Source of the DNA: Spongospora subterranea f. sp. subterranea
Taxonomy: Eukaryota
DNA: 64,000 nucleotides
NCBI GenBank assembly: GCA_049724395.1
Contig: JAUGWO010000059.1
Coordinates: 124,001 to 188,000 of the forward strand
Reading direction: 5' to 3'
Program-made: the position numbers and the translations under genes
Notes under the pieces: generated by a model
Databases searched by the model: none
What the model saw: only the letters and a program-made list of their open reading frames with translations
What the model was told of the DNA's origin: nothing
In this document: positions 1 through 12,879 of the stretch, piece after piece
Layout of the letters: each line of letters begins with the position of its first letter
How positions within the stretch are numbered: the first letter of the stretch is position 1

Positions 1-1639
1 TTCCCGTTCTGGCGCCAAACGCTGTCCTATACGGGCGACAAACGGTTCGATCTGTCGATCAACGAGACGCGTCGTCCGAACGTGCTCCTGTTCAATATGG
101 AGAGCTGGGGATATCAGGTGACCGGGTCGTTGATTGGAAAAAGCGAGAACGCATCGCTGACGCCGTATTTCGATGCGTTTGCCAAACAGGGGATCCTGTT
201 TGAATCCCATTTCAATCCCGGGTAAATCGATCGCGAAAAACCTTGCCAATGACCATTCGCCTCCAGCGTTGACAATGCGCTTGTGTAGAATGACGACGAC
301 GAACACGATCGTCAGCCAGCTGTTTGGCGTAAAACCGAAATACGATCACAACCCGCCGATGGAGGAGCACGCGTTGACCCTATCGCTATGGGGATTACCC
401 CAGATATTGCAGGATCATGGCTATACGTGTCAGTTCATGTCGGCGACCGATATATCCTGGCACAACTGGGATCGGTTCCTGAGGAACAACGCCTTCGAGA
501 GAACGCTCGGGAGCGACGAGGTTCGCGATATACTGACGCGACATTCCATCAGGTGAAGGAAGATTCGGTTGTCCAGTGGTCGGATTCAGGTGATGATTGT
601 TGGCCAGGATACCAGACGAGTCGGAGGCGTGGGGAATTCAGGATGAATTCTCCTTGGCGGCGTTGGAATTCGTGATCGGCGATTTAGCGAAATCGGAAAA
701 ACCTTATTTCATCGATTGGTATTCCATATCGTCACACGATCCGTTCCGGGTTTTGGCCTCATTCGTTGTTGCGCGTTGGCTCGGTTCTGATCGCGCGTTG
801 CACAGCTTCCCCGAGCCGAGACCGAGTCGAAATCCAGCGACCACCTGCTGTCGGGGAACAAGTTCGACAAGGCGTATATGAGAGCGATCAAATACTCGGA
901 TCGGCAGGTTCGATCGCGACGCTGGACGACAGATTTGATCTGACGACACATAACAGTTAGGGGAATTTCTGAGGCGGATGAACGAGAAAGGGATGATGAC
1001 GAATACGATCGTGATGATCACGGGCGACCATGGACGTCTGATGGGCGATGCGTCATGGAGCAACCTGAATTACGGTGAGTTCGCGTCCGATCCATACAGC
1101 CATGTCCCATTGGCCATCGTCCCGTCGAACGACTTGTTGGCGCCGAACTATCGTGGGCTGAGAATTCGGGACGTGTCGTCGCACGTGGACCTGATGGCGA
1201 CGTGTGCTGATATGATTCGTCTTTTTCCGTACAGTTGAACCTGACAATGCGCCCACGTTGATCTGACTGTCTCAGCAGGTTCTCGCAACATGGGCTGGGC
1301 AGGTCGTTAATGAGACAGCAACATTCGGGAAGAAAAGTTATTGTCGATCAACCTCAGCCGGGATTTGAGACGGTATCAGTGATAGACAACAACAAGAAAC
1401 TCGTTTTCGATGCTGAAGGGCAGTTCTGTTTGGCGTACAACCGAACCCTTGGTAGGACGTCGAGCGATTACGGGAAACCAATTGACTGCTGGAACAGCAA
1501 TTCTTCGAGTCTGATGTCAACAGAACTGTTGTGGTCAAAAACGGTATCGTCATGGACTGCTCTGGGGTACAAAAAGACTGCCTTTAAACCACCAAAATGT
1601 TCTGGGAACACCGTCGTTGGCGTATCGAGAGAAAACTGA
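1..1639 (+). CDS. LTA-synthase/phosphoglycerol-transferase-like sulfatase-superfamily enzyme, 5'-truncated, multi-exon
   Basis: Frame from base 1 reads RRPNVLLFNMESWG...LTPYFDAFAKQGILF. After a GT-AG intron it gives GMTTTNT (candidate catalytic Thr), then SISSHDPF, AIKYSD, NTIVMITGDHG, HVPLAI and SSHVDLMAT, the motif order of the LtaS/alkaline-phosphatase superfamily. Confidence 0.8.
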
Positions 1640-1732
1640 AACCTAAGACTAAAGTCGTTGCATAAATCCGCTGGGGCAATGACAATCATAGTAAGCAGTT
1701 AACCTGAACCCTGAATAAAAATGTTAATTTAG

Positions 1733-4273
1733 TTAAATATCTCCACGAATTCTTCTATCGAATTCGATATATAGCTGTAGCAATTCGTTGGTGACTGATG
1801 GCGTAACTAGTTTCAATGCATAGTCAAAATCGGCTGATCCCTATAATCATACACAATTAACCGCCAGTCTGTTATAACAATATATGAGATGAGCAACAAT
1901 ACTTACAACATTGAGCGAGCGCATATCTCGACGAAGCGCGTGTAGTGCTGCCTCGCGACAAACATTTTCAATTTCAGCACCCGTATAGCCTACCAGCTCG
2001 GATTTGGCAAGGTGTTCAAGATCAGCTTGACCATCCAAAGGCATTTGTTTCGTATGGATGCGCAATATGGCTAATCGACCTTCATAATCAGGTGGCGGAA
2101 TCTACGAGACGGTCAGCATCATCCGGAAGATCAGTATATAATCCGCACATATAAAATCTCATCGAACCGGCCTGGCCGTAAAAGAGCTTCATCAAGCATC
2201 TGCGGCCGATTGGTCGCAGCAACAACCAGGATATCACACGCAGATCCGATACCATCCATTTCGTTTAGCAATGTCGATAGGATCTGAAAATTGCTCCATG
2301 ATCACGCAATGGCAATACAAATGGAGTTCGGCTTACTCGTTGTTGGACTTGATCTGACTGACTACCCGACAAAGAACGGCTGGTAACGATGGCGTCAATT
2401 TCATCCAGTAAAATCATGCAAGGCGAATTATTTCGCGCTCGACCAAAAACTCCACGAATACAGCGCTCTGCTTCGCCGACGTAAGACGAGTATACGATAG
2501 CTGGGTCAAGCCGTATGATGGACCAACGCTGCCCAGTCAAACTAATCATGGCCCTCGCCAATGTGGTCTTAGCACAGCCTGGAGGCCCATACAGCAGGAT
2601 TCCTCGAGGAAGAGATAATCCCATTTCAAGAAAGGCATCGGAATGAGTGATGGGCCATTCGATCAATCGCCGAAGACGATGCTTGATTTCAGCATACCCT
2701 CCAATTTCATCCCACTAACAAAATTAAAAATAATTTGTAATAGTATGAGCGATACGTACATTGATTGGCGAAATAGTCATAATAAACTCCTTCCTTGACG
2801 ATGACACTGAAATTTGACGACGAGCGAATTTCAGGTCGGATTCAGTAACGGAGATGCGGTCAGCTGCCAGGGCGGAAAGGGCTGCCTCTTGAGCTAGAAG
2901 ATGTAGGTCGGCACCCGTATATCCGACACAGTAGGAGGAATAGCGATCGCAGAGAACTTGGTCGACGTCAGGCAGATATACGGATAAGATCGCTTTGCGT
3001 TGCTCAACGTTGGGAATTCCAACTTCAATCTTGCAAAAGAGAACCATTAGTTCGTCATAAAAAAATCAAATTTCGATTGACGATCACTAACTTCGTTATC
3101 AAATCGGCCTGGACGGCGAATGGCAGGGTCAAGATCGGATGGGGTCCCTGTAAGACCGATGACTAAAACAGACGACGATGAATGTCCATCCATCAACGTC
3201 AAAAGATGCCCTAGAGTCCTAGCTGCGCTCAAGCGCCCACTGTCCCTTTTACATGCGATTTGTTCAATGGAATCTATGATGATCATTCCGTCGGTAAGCG
3301 TTGCCGCTCGTGCAAATGTCTCAGAAAGAATTCGTTCTGCGTCGCCAGGCGACGTTATTGATGATATGTGATGAGCAGATATTTGGATTGAGTTAGTTCG
3401 TCCCGTTATCTGAGAGGCGACAGACACCATCAGGTTCTTACCAGAACCGTGTGGGCCATGAAGTAGTATACCCTTAGGACGCCAAGTTTTCAGGCGTAAT
3501 AGGGAACATAGTCGAACATATCCTGGCCCTAATGCTTCATCACAGCGAGGAGAAGCAATTAGGACATCAGTTGTCAGGAGTGACGCGTTCGGTGTCGATA
3601 CCGTAATGGCTGTGTTAGATCCTATACAGCATATTGTCGCGGGGAGACAATTCGTTATCGTGCAAAGGATATTGCCAATAGATGGAAAAGAGAGAGCGAA
3701 AGAAACCCCGGAAGAAACAACGAGACGCTGCCTGAGAAACAAGCGTTGAAGATGATGAGAAGATACGGATTTTGATGAAGCTACGCTGGAAGGAAGCTGC
3801 AATGTGATGATAAATGCATCTGGGATATTCCTTAATGGCCGTAAGAAGCCAGTCAGGCGGCAGATTGGAGGTTGGGGAGTTGCGAAGTATCCAGGAAAGG
3901 GTATTGCAGAAACAATATGACACTCGGGAACATACTGCGACGGTGGCGAAGCTTTTCCGTCGGAATACGGCTGCGGATGTACTGGGCCCAGCACAGAGCA
4001 CCCGCCGGCGACATCAATCGCTACCGGGTCCCCGAACCCGATCGACAGGACGCCGAACAGGTGCGCGGGGATGAAGACGGCCCCGACCGATACGCGGGGT
4101 GCGACACCATGCCGGTGACGAATGAGATCAGCAGATATAACGACTGCGCATTCACATTGGATCATATTCTCATCACGACCCCAATGTGAAGTTGTAGTCT
4201 GTCGCAGTGGACTACAGTGCAACGAAATTTCGGTTTCCGTGTGGCACACGTTACCCGGTGCCCCCCCGGACAT
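1733..4273 (-). CDS. Double-ring AAA+ ATPase, AFG2/SPATA5(L1)-like, multi-exon
   Basis: D1 has [13 protein letters not shown] and [13 protein letters not shown]2 has [25 protein letters not shown] and LLRPGRFD, plus YTGADL/YTGAEI lids. Stop at ~1733. Confidence 0.85.
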
Positions 4274-5487
4274 TTTGTCCCGACCTCAGCTGGCCCCCCC
4301 CTGTACGTGAGATTTCGTGACAGATACAAAAGTAGCCAAGAACGGTGCCGATTTAGTCTTTTGATGTTTTTTTATTAGAGTATTTGATAACGAGTGGAAA
4401 TCAGCACGATCAGGCCAGAGGAAAGCAGAACCTGCCATGGGTGAGGTTTTTCAATGAACGATGCTAGAGGAATAGGTTCTCGGACTGACAGTGAAGAATG
4501 GCAGAGCTTGTGGCCTATGTCATTGAGGTTTGCTCTGCAGTGACACTGATGTCAATCAGAAGCTGTACACATTATTTCCTCAGCAGTCCCAGAAAATCGA
4601 TTCTGGTTGTGTTAGTTACTTCGAAATTCTTAAGCAGAAGGCCGAATCAAGTTTTTACAGCAGAGCAGTTCTCGTTGTGATGAGCATTAAATTGGAAGGC
4701 AGTATTTCGGCTATCGTGTTCCAAACAGCTTTTATTTTTTCTTTTTTTGCGTTTTCCGATTTGTAAAAATTGATTTCACGCAACAGGAACACATGATCAG
4801 AGCAGGATAATGTTTTCCGAGGAGTTGAAGAACTTCCGGGCTAACGCTAGATTCGATTGGTCCTGCGTCCGAGAAAAATGAGAAGTCGTTCAACTGAATT
4901 GAGCAAGGCCTTGGCTAATCATAGGAATAAAATCTAATAAACGGAACGAAGCGACAACTAAATTTCTAGGGCTCTTGTTTGTATTGGCAACGTTGGAACT
5001 TTGGACGTGGCAACTTGCAACCCCATTCGGTAGAATCCTGTGTGGCAAGCGATCGACTCTTGGTAGAATACCATCAAGATTAACGACATGTGTCATCCCC
5101 AAACACTGAGATTTACAGGGTTCGACCGTTCCAGCCACGATCACCTTTACGCAGTTTACGGACCCTACAAAATTCGCGAATCGCTTCACATAAAACAACC
5201 GATTTACCTTCAGATAACAATTTCAAGGTTGGAAAAACATTTCATGCATTTCGCAACCGCAGCCCCGCAGGAACAGATCAAAAGGATGCATCTAGGTATT
5301 CTCAACTGACCAAGTTGTGAAAACTACTTTGACTCTAATTTGTCGTCAGATCAGGCACCAGTGCGTAACGTAGTGCCGGTAACATTAGAGTTCCCTACTG
5401 TGGAGAGGGCCAGTGGGCGCGGCCCATTCCTTCCGTCTCCAACAAAGGGTCCTGTATTCATTCCTGTTCTGATCTGAAGGGGGCTGC

Positions 5488-8400
5488 ATGATATCTCTGC
5501 GGCGATTGCACGCCGCCAGATGTCGGAATCGGGCACTTTCCACAATCACCGATGGCTTTCGACTGGACAAGGTTCATGAATTCCCGGAGCATAACCGAAC
5601 AGTATATGAGGTCTGCTGCTCCCCCTTACAACGGTTATGGTTTGTCGCTCAGGATTTTTTTTTCGACAGATGACACATTTGGAAACCTCGGCTCAATATA
5701 TGCACGTTCGCTGTCCGGATCCAAACAAAACCATGGCGATATTGTTCCGGACCCCTCCAACCGATGATACGGGTGTTGCCCACATCCTTGAGCACAGCGT
5801 TCTCTGCGGCTCTGAGAAATATCCTGTTCGTGATCCGTTTTTCCATATGCTGCGACGATCACTCCATACATTTATGAATGCGATGACCGGTCCAGACTAC
5901 ACTGTTTACCCGTTCTCGACATGTCATGAGAAGGATTTCGAAAACCTACTCTCTGTATATTGCGATGCTGTGTTTCGACCGCTATTGAAACCTGACGATT
6001 TTCGCCAAGAGGGTAATCTGCTATCTGGCAAGTGCGTCCTAGTTTTCTTATGATTTCTAGGGCATCGTCTGGAATATCAAGACTGGTCCCGTCCTGAATC
6101 TGGTCTGGCTATAAAAGGGATTGTGTTCAATGAGATGAAAGGCGCTATGTCGGATCCATGTTCGTTGATTTACTGAGTTTGCTGTATTATGTAATCTTCT
6201 AACAAATAGTTTAGCCTCGATTCTATATCACGAAATCTTGCGGCGAATCGTTCCTGAGACTCCATATCGGTGATACGAATGCGACCAATGGAATTCAAAC
6301 TAATATATCTGGACAGTTTCAATTCAGGTGGAGATCCGCTTCATATTCCTGAACTTTCTCATTCTCAACTTGTCCAGTTCCATCGGGACCATTACCATCC
6401 ATCGAACGCCAAATTTTTCAGGTTTCTGAACTGGTTCATTTTCGTGTCACATCTTACTTTAACTCCTTGTTTTTCAGCTATGGCAACTTTGATGCGCCTT
6501 TGCGATATATCAACGAACAGGTTCTATGTGGGTTTGGATCTCGGCTTGATTTGGAGAAAGCTACCGTGGTTCCAATCCAACCAAAATGGTCTTCACCCCC
6601 TGAATTGCAACGGTTCTCATGCCCTCCTGAAACAATGGTACGTGTCTTAAACTTTTTTGCGTTACTTTTCAGATACTGATGATTTCTAGCCCCTCGACCC
6701 GCTGAAACAGTCAACCCTTTCAAAATCCTATCTTCTCTCAGAGATAACTTCCTCTGATCCGGTTGAGCTCACGGCACTGTCGTTGATGTCGTCGTTCCTA
6801 GTCTCGGGAGCTGACTCCCCATTTCATCGCGCCTTGATCGCTCCCAATATCGGGTCAGGGTATTCGCCCATGACAGGTTCAACATAAGGCGCTGCGTTTT
6901 GTACAATTGTAATGAGGTCGTTCAGGTCTATCGGGAAATCGCCAAAAGATCTGGTCAATTGGACTGCAGGGAATTGCCGACACTGATGTCGACTCGGTCT
7001 CTACTATCATTAACCGCACGGTGGAAGATTTTGTCGCCGGTTCCATTCCAAAGTCCCGTGTTGAAGCTGTATTTCACCAATACCGATTAGAGCAGAAGGA
7101 GTTGAAGACGGATATGGGATTGCAACTACTTTATAGGATTTTGAATCGGTAGCCAGCTGTTTTTCTGCTGTTTTTTAATCTTATTGCCCTAAAACACTAT
7201 CAGATGGCTGCATGGAGGAGACGCTGTGTCAGCTCTCAAAACAGATGCTCATCTTGCAGAAATTGAAGGGCGCATGGCTGAGACGCCCTATATTCAAAAT
7301 TTGGTTGAAAAGCACTTGATTAACAATCCGCATTCTTTGTCGTCCATGATGTGCCCGGATGAACGTTTCATTGAGTCGCGGTCTCGATTGGAAGAGGTTT
7401 GTATTCAGATTCGTTCAGCTTCAATCATGTCCGGTATTTATCTGTCTCAGGATATCGTTCAGCAAGCTGTTGTTGATCCCAAAGAAATTGTTCAAGAGGC
7501 TGAGCGCCTTATCAAGTTCCAGAATCATTCCTCAACTGAACAGGTTGTCGATACTCTACCATCGCTAAAGGTCGGGGACATCAGCACAGAAAGCCCTGTT
7601 TTAACGTCACATATCGACATCACAAAATTCGGTCAGCTGTTCGTTTTATGTATTTTGCGGTCGCTCAACGAGATTTTTAGGCGGGATTTTGGTTCATAGA
7701 ATTTCTCAGGCGACAAACGGCTTCACCTATTGCAAATTTCTCTTTGAGACATCAGAAGTCCCTGAAGACGTCCGTACTCTGATTCCTGTATTTACCAGGC
7801 ATGTTTCGACTACCGCCATCGCCGAGATCTTCTCACAGTTTCATTAGCTTTGTGATGCGGATGGGTGCTGATAACAAATCGTATGAGGACATGTCTCGGT
7901 TAAGGCTTCGATATACCGGAGGCGCCAGTTCCAGTTTACATTGTGTTGGCGACCCCGCTAGTATTGATGCTTTCAATGAGGTTTATTTCCAAGTTGCGTT
8001 TGTTGTTTGATTTCTAGACATTGACGCAGATCGTTGTAGGCAATTACTTTTCAAAGTTCGTGTCTTTCATCTGATCAAGACAAAATGCTTGGTCTTCTAG
8101 GGCAAAGTATGAGATCAGCGGATTTTTCTGATTTCGGCCGCCTTCGTCAGCTGGTCAAGAGCGATGCTACATCATTATTAGCAAATATCGTCGAAGCAGG
8201 GCATTCCTACGCCCGTTCTCATTCGTCGTCTCGTCATTCACCGATTTTATTGGCAAATGAGGTTTATAATGGTTTGAGTCATGTAGCGCGCATAGGAAAT
8301 ATTGCAGCAAGGTGGTGTTGGCATTGCTTTTATGCTGACACATGCGCTTATTGTCTTGTTATCAGGCTTGACGATGATATTTTACTCTGGCTGTCCTCAT

Positions 8401-9463
8401 GTTTAACTACTATTGGCAAATCTATCCGACTTGCTCGCTGCTCAATTGTAGAGTCAGACTCCGAAGGTCTTGATTCTGCTCAAAGTAGGATGGTAGTCCA
8501 TTCCGAAGCCTTGCCGAAAGCCAGTGCTGCCGTTAATTCAGTTCCGTATGTCGTGATGTTTTTCGCTGTAAATATTTGTAACCTTAATCGATGAGTTCAG
8601 ATTTACACAGGGCGTCGAGCCGCTGATGACATTTGTCTGCGTTCCTCTTGATGGTGTCAACAACGTTGCATTAAGTCATCCAACGAATGTGCCTTATACT
8701 CATGAAGATCGAGCGGCCCTGCAGGTCCTTGCTAGGTATTTATCTTCCACGAAACTGTGCATTTTTTTACAAACTCCTAGGATCATGAGCGTTGAATATT
8801 TGCATCGTGAGCTACGGGAGAAAGGCGGCGCATATGGTAATCACTCTATCAGCTCTTTTGGGTTGACTAATAGTTTTTAGGCGGTGGAGCTGCCCATTCT
8901 CCCAACGGATCGTTTGGTTTCTATTCGTACAGGGATCCCCATGTAGGAAAAACTATAGAATCATTTTCTTCGGCTGTACAATGGTTTTGTTTGGATCACG
9001 TCGATGATTTGCGCCGAGCTGATTTTTGTATGCTTAGGTGCCTCAATGGCAGCAATATAACGGATTCTCACGTCGAGCAAGCATTGCTTTCCATTTTCGG
9101 TGACATTGACGCTCCCATGCATCCGTCTGCGCAAGGGCAAGTCCATTTTGTCGGAAACATTCTCCCGTCGCTGGTCAAGGAACATAGACGGCGGTTGTTG
9201 AGGTAAATCATGTCATTAATTCTGTATAACTTTGAAGGCATTCACATTATTCAATCAGTTTAACTCCGACTGCTGTTCTTGACGCGGCACGTCGTCACTT
9301 TGCGGATTTCGACGTGAATACATCATCCATCACTGTTCTAGGAAGCGAAAACACAGGCGAGACGTTGCGCGAATCTCCGTCGTGGGCTGTTAAATCCCTC
9401 AATGAAATGCACGATCCCAAGTTTGAGATGCCGTCCAGCCCCAGACTTCAAACTTCTACATGA
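5488..9463 (+). CDS. PITRM1: Mitochondrial presequence protease (M16C; PreP/PITRM1/Cym1), many exons
   Basis: Motifs TPPTDDTGVAHILEHSVLCGSEKYPVRDPFF (inverted HxxEH), FMNAMT, GIVFNEMKG, SGGDP, YHPSNA, LREKGGAYG and FYSYRDP; Arg-rich N-terminal presequence. Confidence 0.95.
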
Positions 9464-10364
9464 AATTGATCAACAACTGTATGTACTGTATTAATTCTAA
9501 AATCCTTGAACATCTGCCGGGAATGCATGCATATGTCAAATCGATTTTAAAGCAGTTACGGTATAGGCCGGTTGTGCGTATCTATGAAACACACATATCG
9601 GCACGAAAACAACGCCATCAAGCTAATGCAGTACATAGTCATAATTAGTGAGGTATTATCAGGGTTCTCTACGACAATCGCAGAGTTTTATATCCCTTTG
9701 TCGTAAAAAATGTGCTGCGCTGTCGTAAAATCGGCCTAAGCTCGGAAGTTTTCGAACGCTCATCATGTCCATACCAAAAGTCCGCTGGTCAAACGGTGTC
9801 GCCGGCATGAAGTCACCCAGGTATGCCAATGCTTACCAATGGCGCTCCTTGATTTTGGGGATGATTCGCATTATTGGTAAATTAACTAACTCAAACGGCT
9901 GAATGGTCAGCTTTCGTGATGATTTGTTTGCCATCGGACCCGGCCAGATCATATCGTCCAATGACCACATAAATGGTGTGGAAGAACCCAATGACCCCAT
10001 TGAAAATCCACGGTCGATTCTAATGACCTAATCGATGACGTGGAACGATTTGATATGACCGGTTTGAAGGGTGTCGGTGTGCGGAAAGAGTTAATGATAA
10101 AGTATCATTACGAACAATACGTAGAACCTCGCCTCGGATGTAGCTTCTGATAACGGCGGGATTGTGAAGGGAGACACGGGTAGTGACAAAATATCAATTG
10201 ATTTCTGAAAGGATACGAAGCGAATTTCCCCACTTAATTCCGAATGACGCTGAAGATTTCAACAATCGACTTTAACCTGAAGAAGTGCTAATTGAAGACG
10301 AACTCCTGTTGCTCGACCCCCTTCATATGCACCCAGGCTCATGTCTTCTCCAATGGGGCGTCTG

Positions 10365-10530
10365 GTAGTCAGCACACTCGCAAGTAAACGTATGCTGACA
10401 GATACAGAAAGCATCATACGTTTTGCAAGGTTCCATGACGCTTTCTGTGTCTAGCTCTTCGTTCTCAAGGCGTGATGGAGCCTTGCAAAACCTATGATAT
10501 TTTCTGTTTAGTTGCGAGTGTGCTGACTAC
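10365..10530. repeat. Imperfect inverted repeat (arms 10365-10441 / 10470-10530)
   Basis: GTAGTCAGCACACTCGCAA...CATACGTTTTGCAAGGTTCCATGACGC versus GCGTGATGGAGCCTTGCAAAACCTATG...TTGCGAGTGTGCTGACTAC. Confidence 0.9.
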
Positions 10531-10895
10531 AGTAAAGGGAAGCATTTGCTGCTACACCGATTCCGGTATTTAGTGTGGTATCACACTAATTAGCGTGGCC
10601 CATTTTCACTGCCAATATGTTAATTAGTGTGTTTAACACACTAATCTTGTGTTACTGTACCAAAATTAGTGTGTATAAAAAATAAATTTGGCACGCGATG
10701 TGGACAGTGGTCCCCTCTGCTCTCACATCGATGACTTATTTTGCTGGAGACGTGCGGATTGTCAACGCAAACAAATCTGACACCCCGGGGTGCTCTATGG
10801 TCGTTATGGGTAATGGCATACGGGCAGTTGTCATCGGAACTCCAGAAGATGCTTAAAAGCCAATCGCAGATTTTCTGACAAAATTATTGGGTTAA

Positions 10896-11314
10896 GCGAA
10901 GGTCGAAATACAGTCTGAAAAGAACAGAATTTTGGCGATGGAAGCGTCTGCTCTGCAAGACGAGGTCAGCATCAAATATTTTCTACAAGACCCTGATTGC
11001 GACGACACAAAGCAGTATTTCGCGTTGAAACGCAAACAAGAGTGTTACGTCAATTGATGGAGAGTATGGGAGCAGCATAAAATGCTGACGTACGATATTG
11101 TTGAGCACTTATGGAAAGAATGGAGATAAATAATTTATTCAGCCATACTCTCCATCACTTGACGTAACACGTGTTTGCGTTTCAACGCGAAATACTGCTT
11201 TGTGTCGTCGCAATCAGGGTCTTGTAGAAAATATTTGATGCTGACCTCGTCTTGCAGAGCAGACGCTTCCATCGCCAAAATTCTGTTCTTTTCAGACTGT
11301 ATTTCGACCTTCGC
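10896..11314. repeat. Near-perfect inverted repeat (arms 10896-11069 / 11143-11314, ~73 nt spacer)
   Basis: GCGAAGGTCGAAATACAGTCTGAAAAG...GAGAGTATGG is the reverse complement of CCATACTCTCC...GACCTTCGC, with few differences, near the spacer. Confidence 0.97.
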
Positions 11315-11871
11315 GTCGTTTTTTTTCTGCAATTTGGCGATGTTGTTGCCCACTGGTCTCTCCGGTGAAACCAGGGTGGTGTCGTCTTCTTGCACACCTG
11401 AACCATGAGTTGAAGGGCCGGTTCCTCCAATCAGGCTTCTGGAATACGACTGCCATTTGGGTGCCAAGCGTAATATATTCCACGATGATATACTCGTGAA
11501 GGCGGCACCGCGCGGGTCTTTGATTGAGAAGCGTTGAAGCGCTTCTTCAACAACCATCCGTTCCAACCAGAATGGTACTCCTCAGTGACCTGTGAGTAAA
11601 CGCCACAAAATTTGGCAACGGCCGCTTGTAGCGGCGACCAACGCGACTGCAAAGACGCGGCAGAATGGTGCCATGGGTCAGTTGCCGCGACTCCCTCGTT
11701 GAACAAGTCGGCAATCCTTGACCAAAACGAATCAAGCTTTTGGCCGTTGCCGAGGATTGGGTCTTGCGACACCGACAGCCAGCACCGGCATAGGCGCTCA
11801 TCATCAGTTTGCCGAAAGTTCTTGCCTCGCGGTCGTTTCTTCACGTCACCTGCACCGTCATGTGCCGACAT
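11135..11871 (-). pseudogene. Harbinger-type Myb/SANT-like + NAM-associated protein, frameshifted near 11560
   Basis: RGKNFRQTDDERLCRCWLSVSQDPILGNGQK..FWSRI...SLQSRW...VAKFCG...SGWN, continued in another frame by EEALQRF...FTSISSWNILRLAPKW. Confidence 0.85.
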
Positions 11872-12879
11872 TTCTCAGACGGGCTCCGGAATGTGTTTTC
11901 CACTAGCGGCAATGCCAACATGGTCTGCGGCCTCTCGGTAGTTTTCACTTCGATATGTACACTGCGCGGTGGAACACATTTTTTCGGATTTTTTTCACAG
12001 GTGTAGTGGAAAAACTTATCGCCAATACCGTATATGTATACTGCGCGGTGGAGATGCGCTAAATACCGGAATCGGTACAAAAAACGTTATACTTACCTAA
12101 GTCTTACCTAGCTGCAAATGCTTCCCTTTGCTGTAGTCAGCACACTCGCAACTGAACGAATACTGACAGATACAGAAAACATCATACGTTTTGCATGGCT
12201 CCATCACGCTTTCTGTAGCCCAATTGCGATCGCCATGGACAAATAACCATTGAAGAAGGTCAATGAGGCCGCATGAAGAGCTGGAACGTACAATAGCCGA
12301 GAACCGGCTTTATAATGCCGCCCGAGGCGGTTTACCGGTTTGCACTACTTGCACGACAAATGGAAATCATATCGTGGCCGACCATACTGCCGACTCCGCC
12401 AGATGCCCTTTCCACGTGCACGTCGATCCATATCGGCAACATAGTCATTCAGCGGCTGAGCTGAACGCGGTCCAGCCTGCAACCAAGTCTGCTATCTTTA
12501 GGGGAGAACTTCAAGAATAAAAAAGATTGGGGCTGGATCCTCTGCGCGTGACTGTCTAGCTCTTCGTTCTGAAGAAGGCTTCAGTCGCTTTCCAATGCTG
12601 CATGTATACATGTTAACCCCAGACAAGGTTTTTCGTCAGACTGTTATAAAGAAGTCTTCTTCGATCTGCAGTAACTTTTCTCATATGTCTCTCTTGTTTG
12701 GGCATCAGGGCGGTTTTGATTGCGCGCAGTTGTTTTAGTCGAGCGCAGTTTGTGGAACAGATTTTGCGCACGGCGATGCTCAGTTCAAATGGGGTGACTG
12801 TATTACGGCCGTGCTGAACTTTCACTGCGCACTTTCCTGGACTCTTTTGACAGAAATATATTCGAATTTCATTCAACGA

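Larger units (their letters stand above)
10467..12211. mobile_element. Non-autonomous PIF/Harbinger-like DNA element with long imperfect terminal inverted repeats
   Basis: 10467-10573 is the reverse complement of 12059-12211 apart from indels. The repeats enclose a Myb/SANT + NAM-associated ORF typical of Harbinger ORF2. No transposase and no clear TSD seen. Confidence 0.65.
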
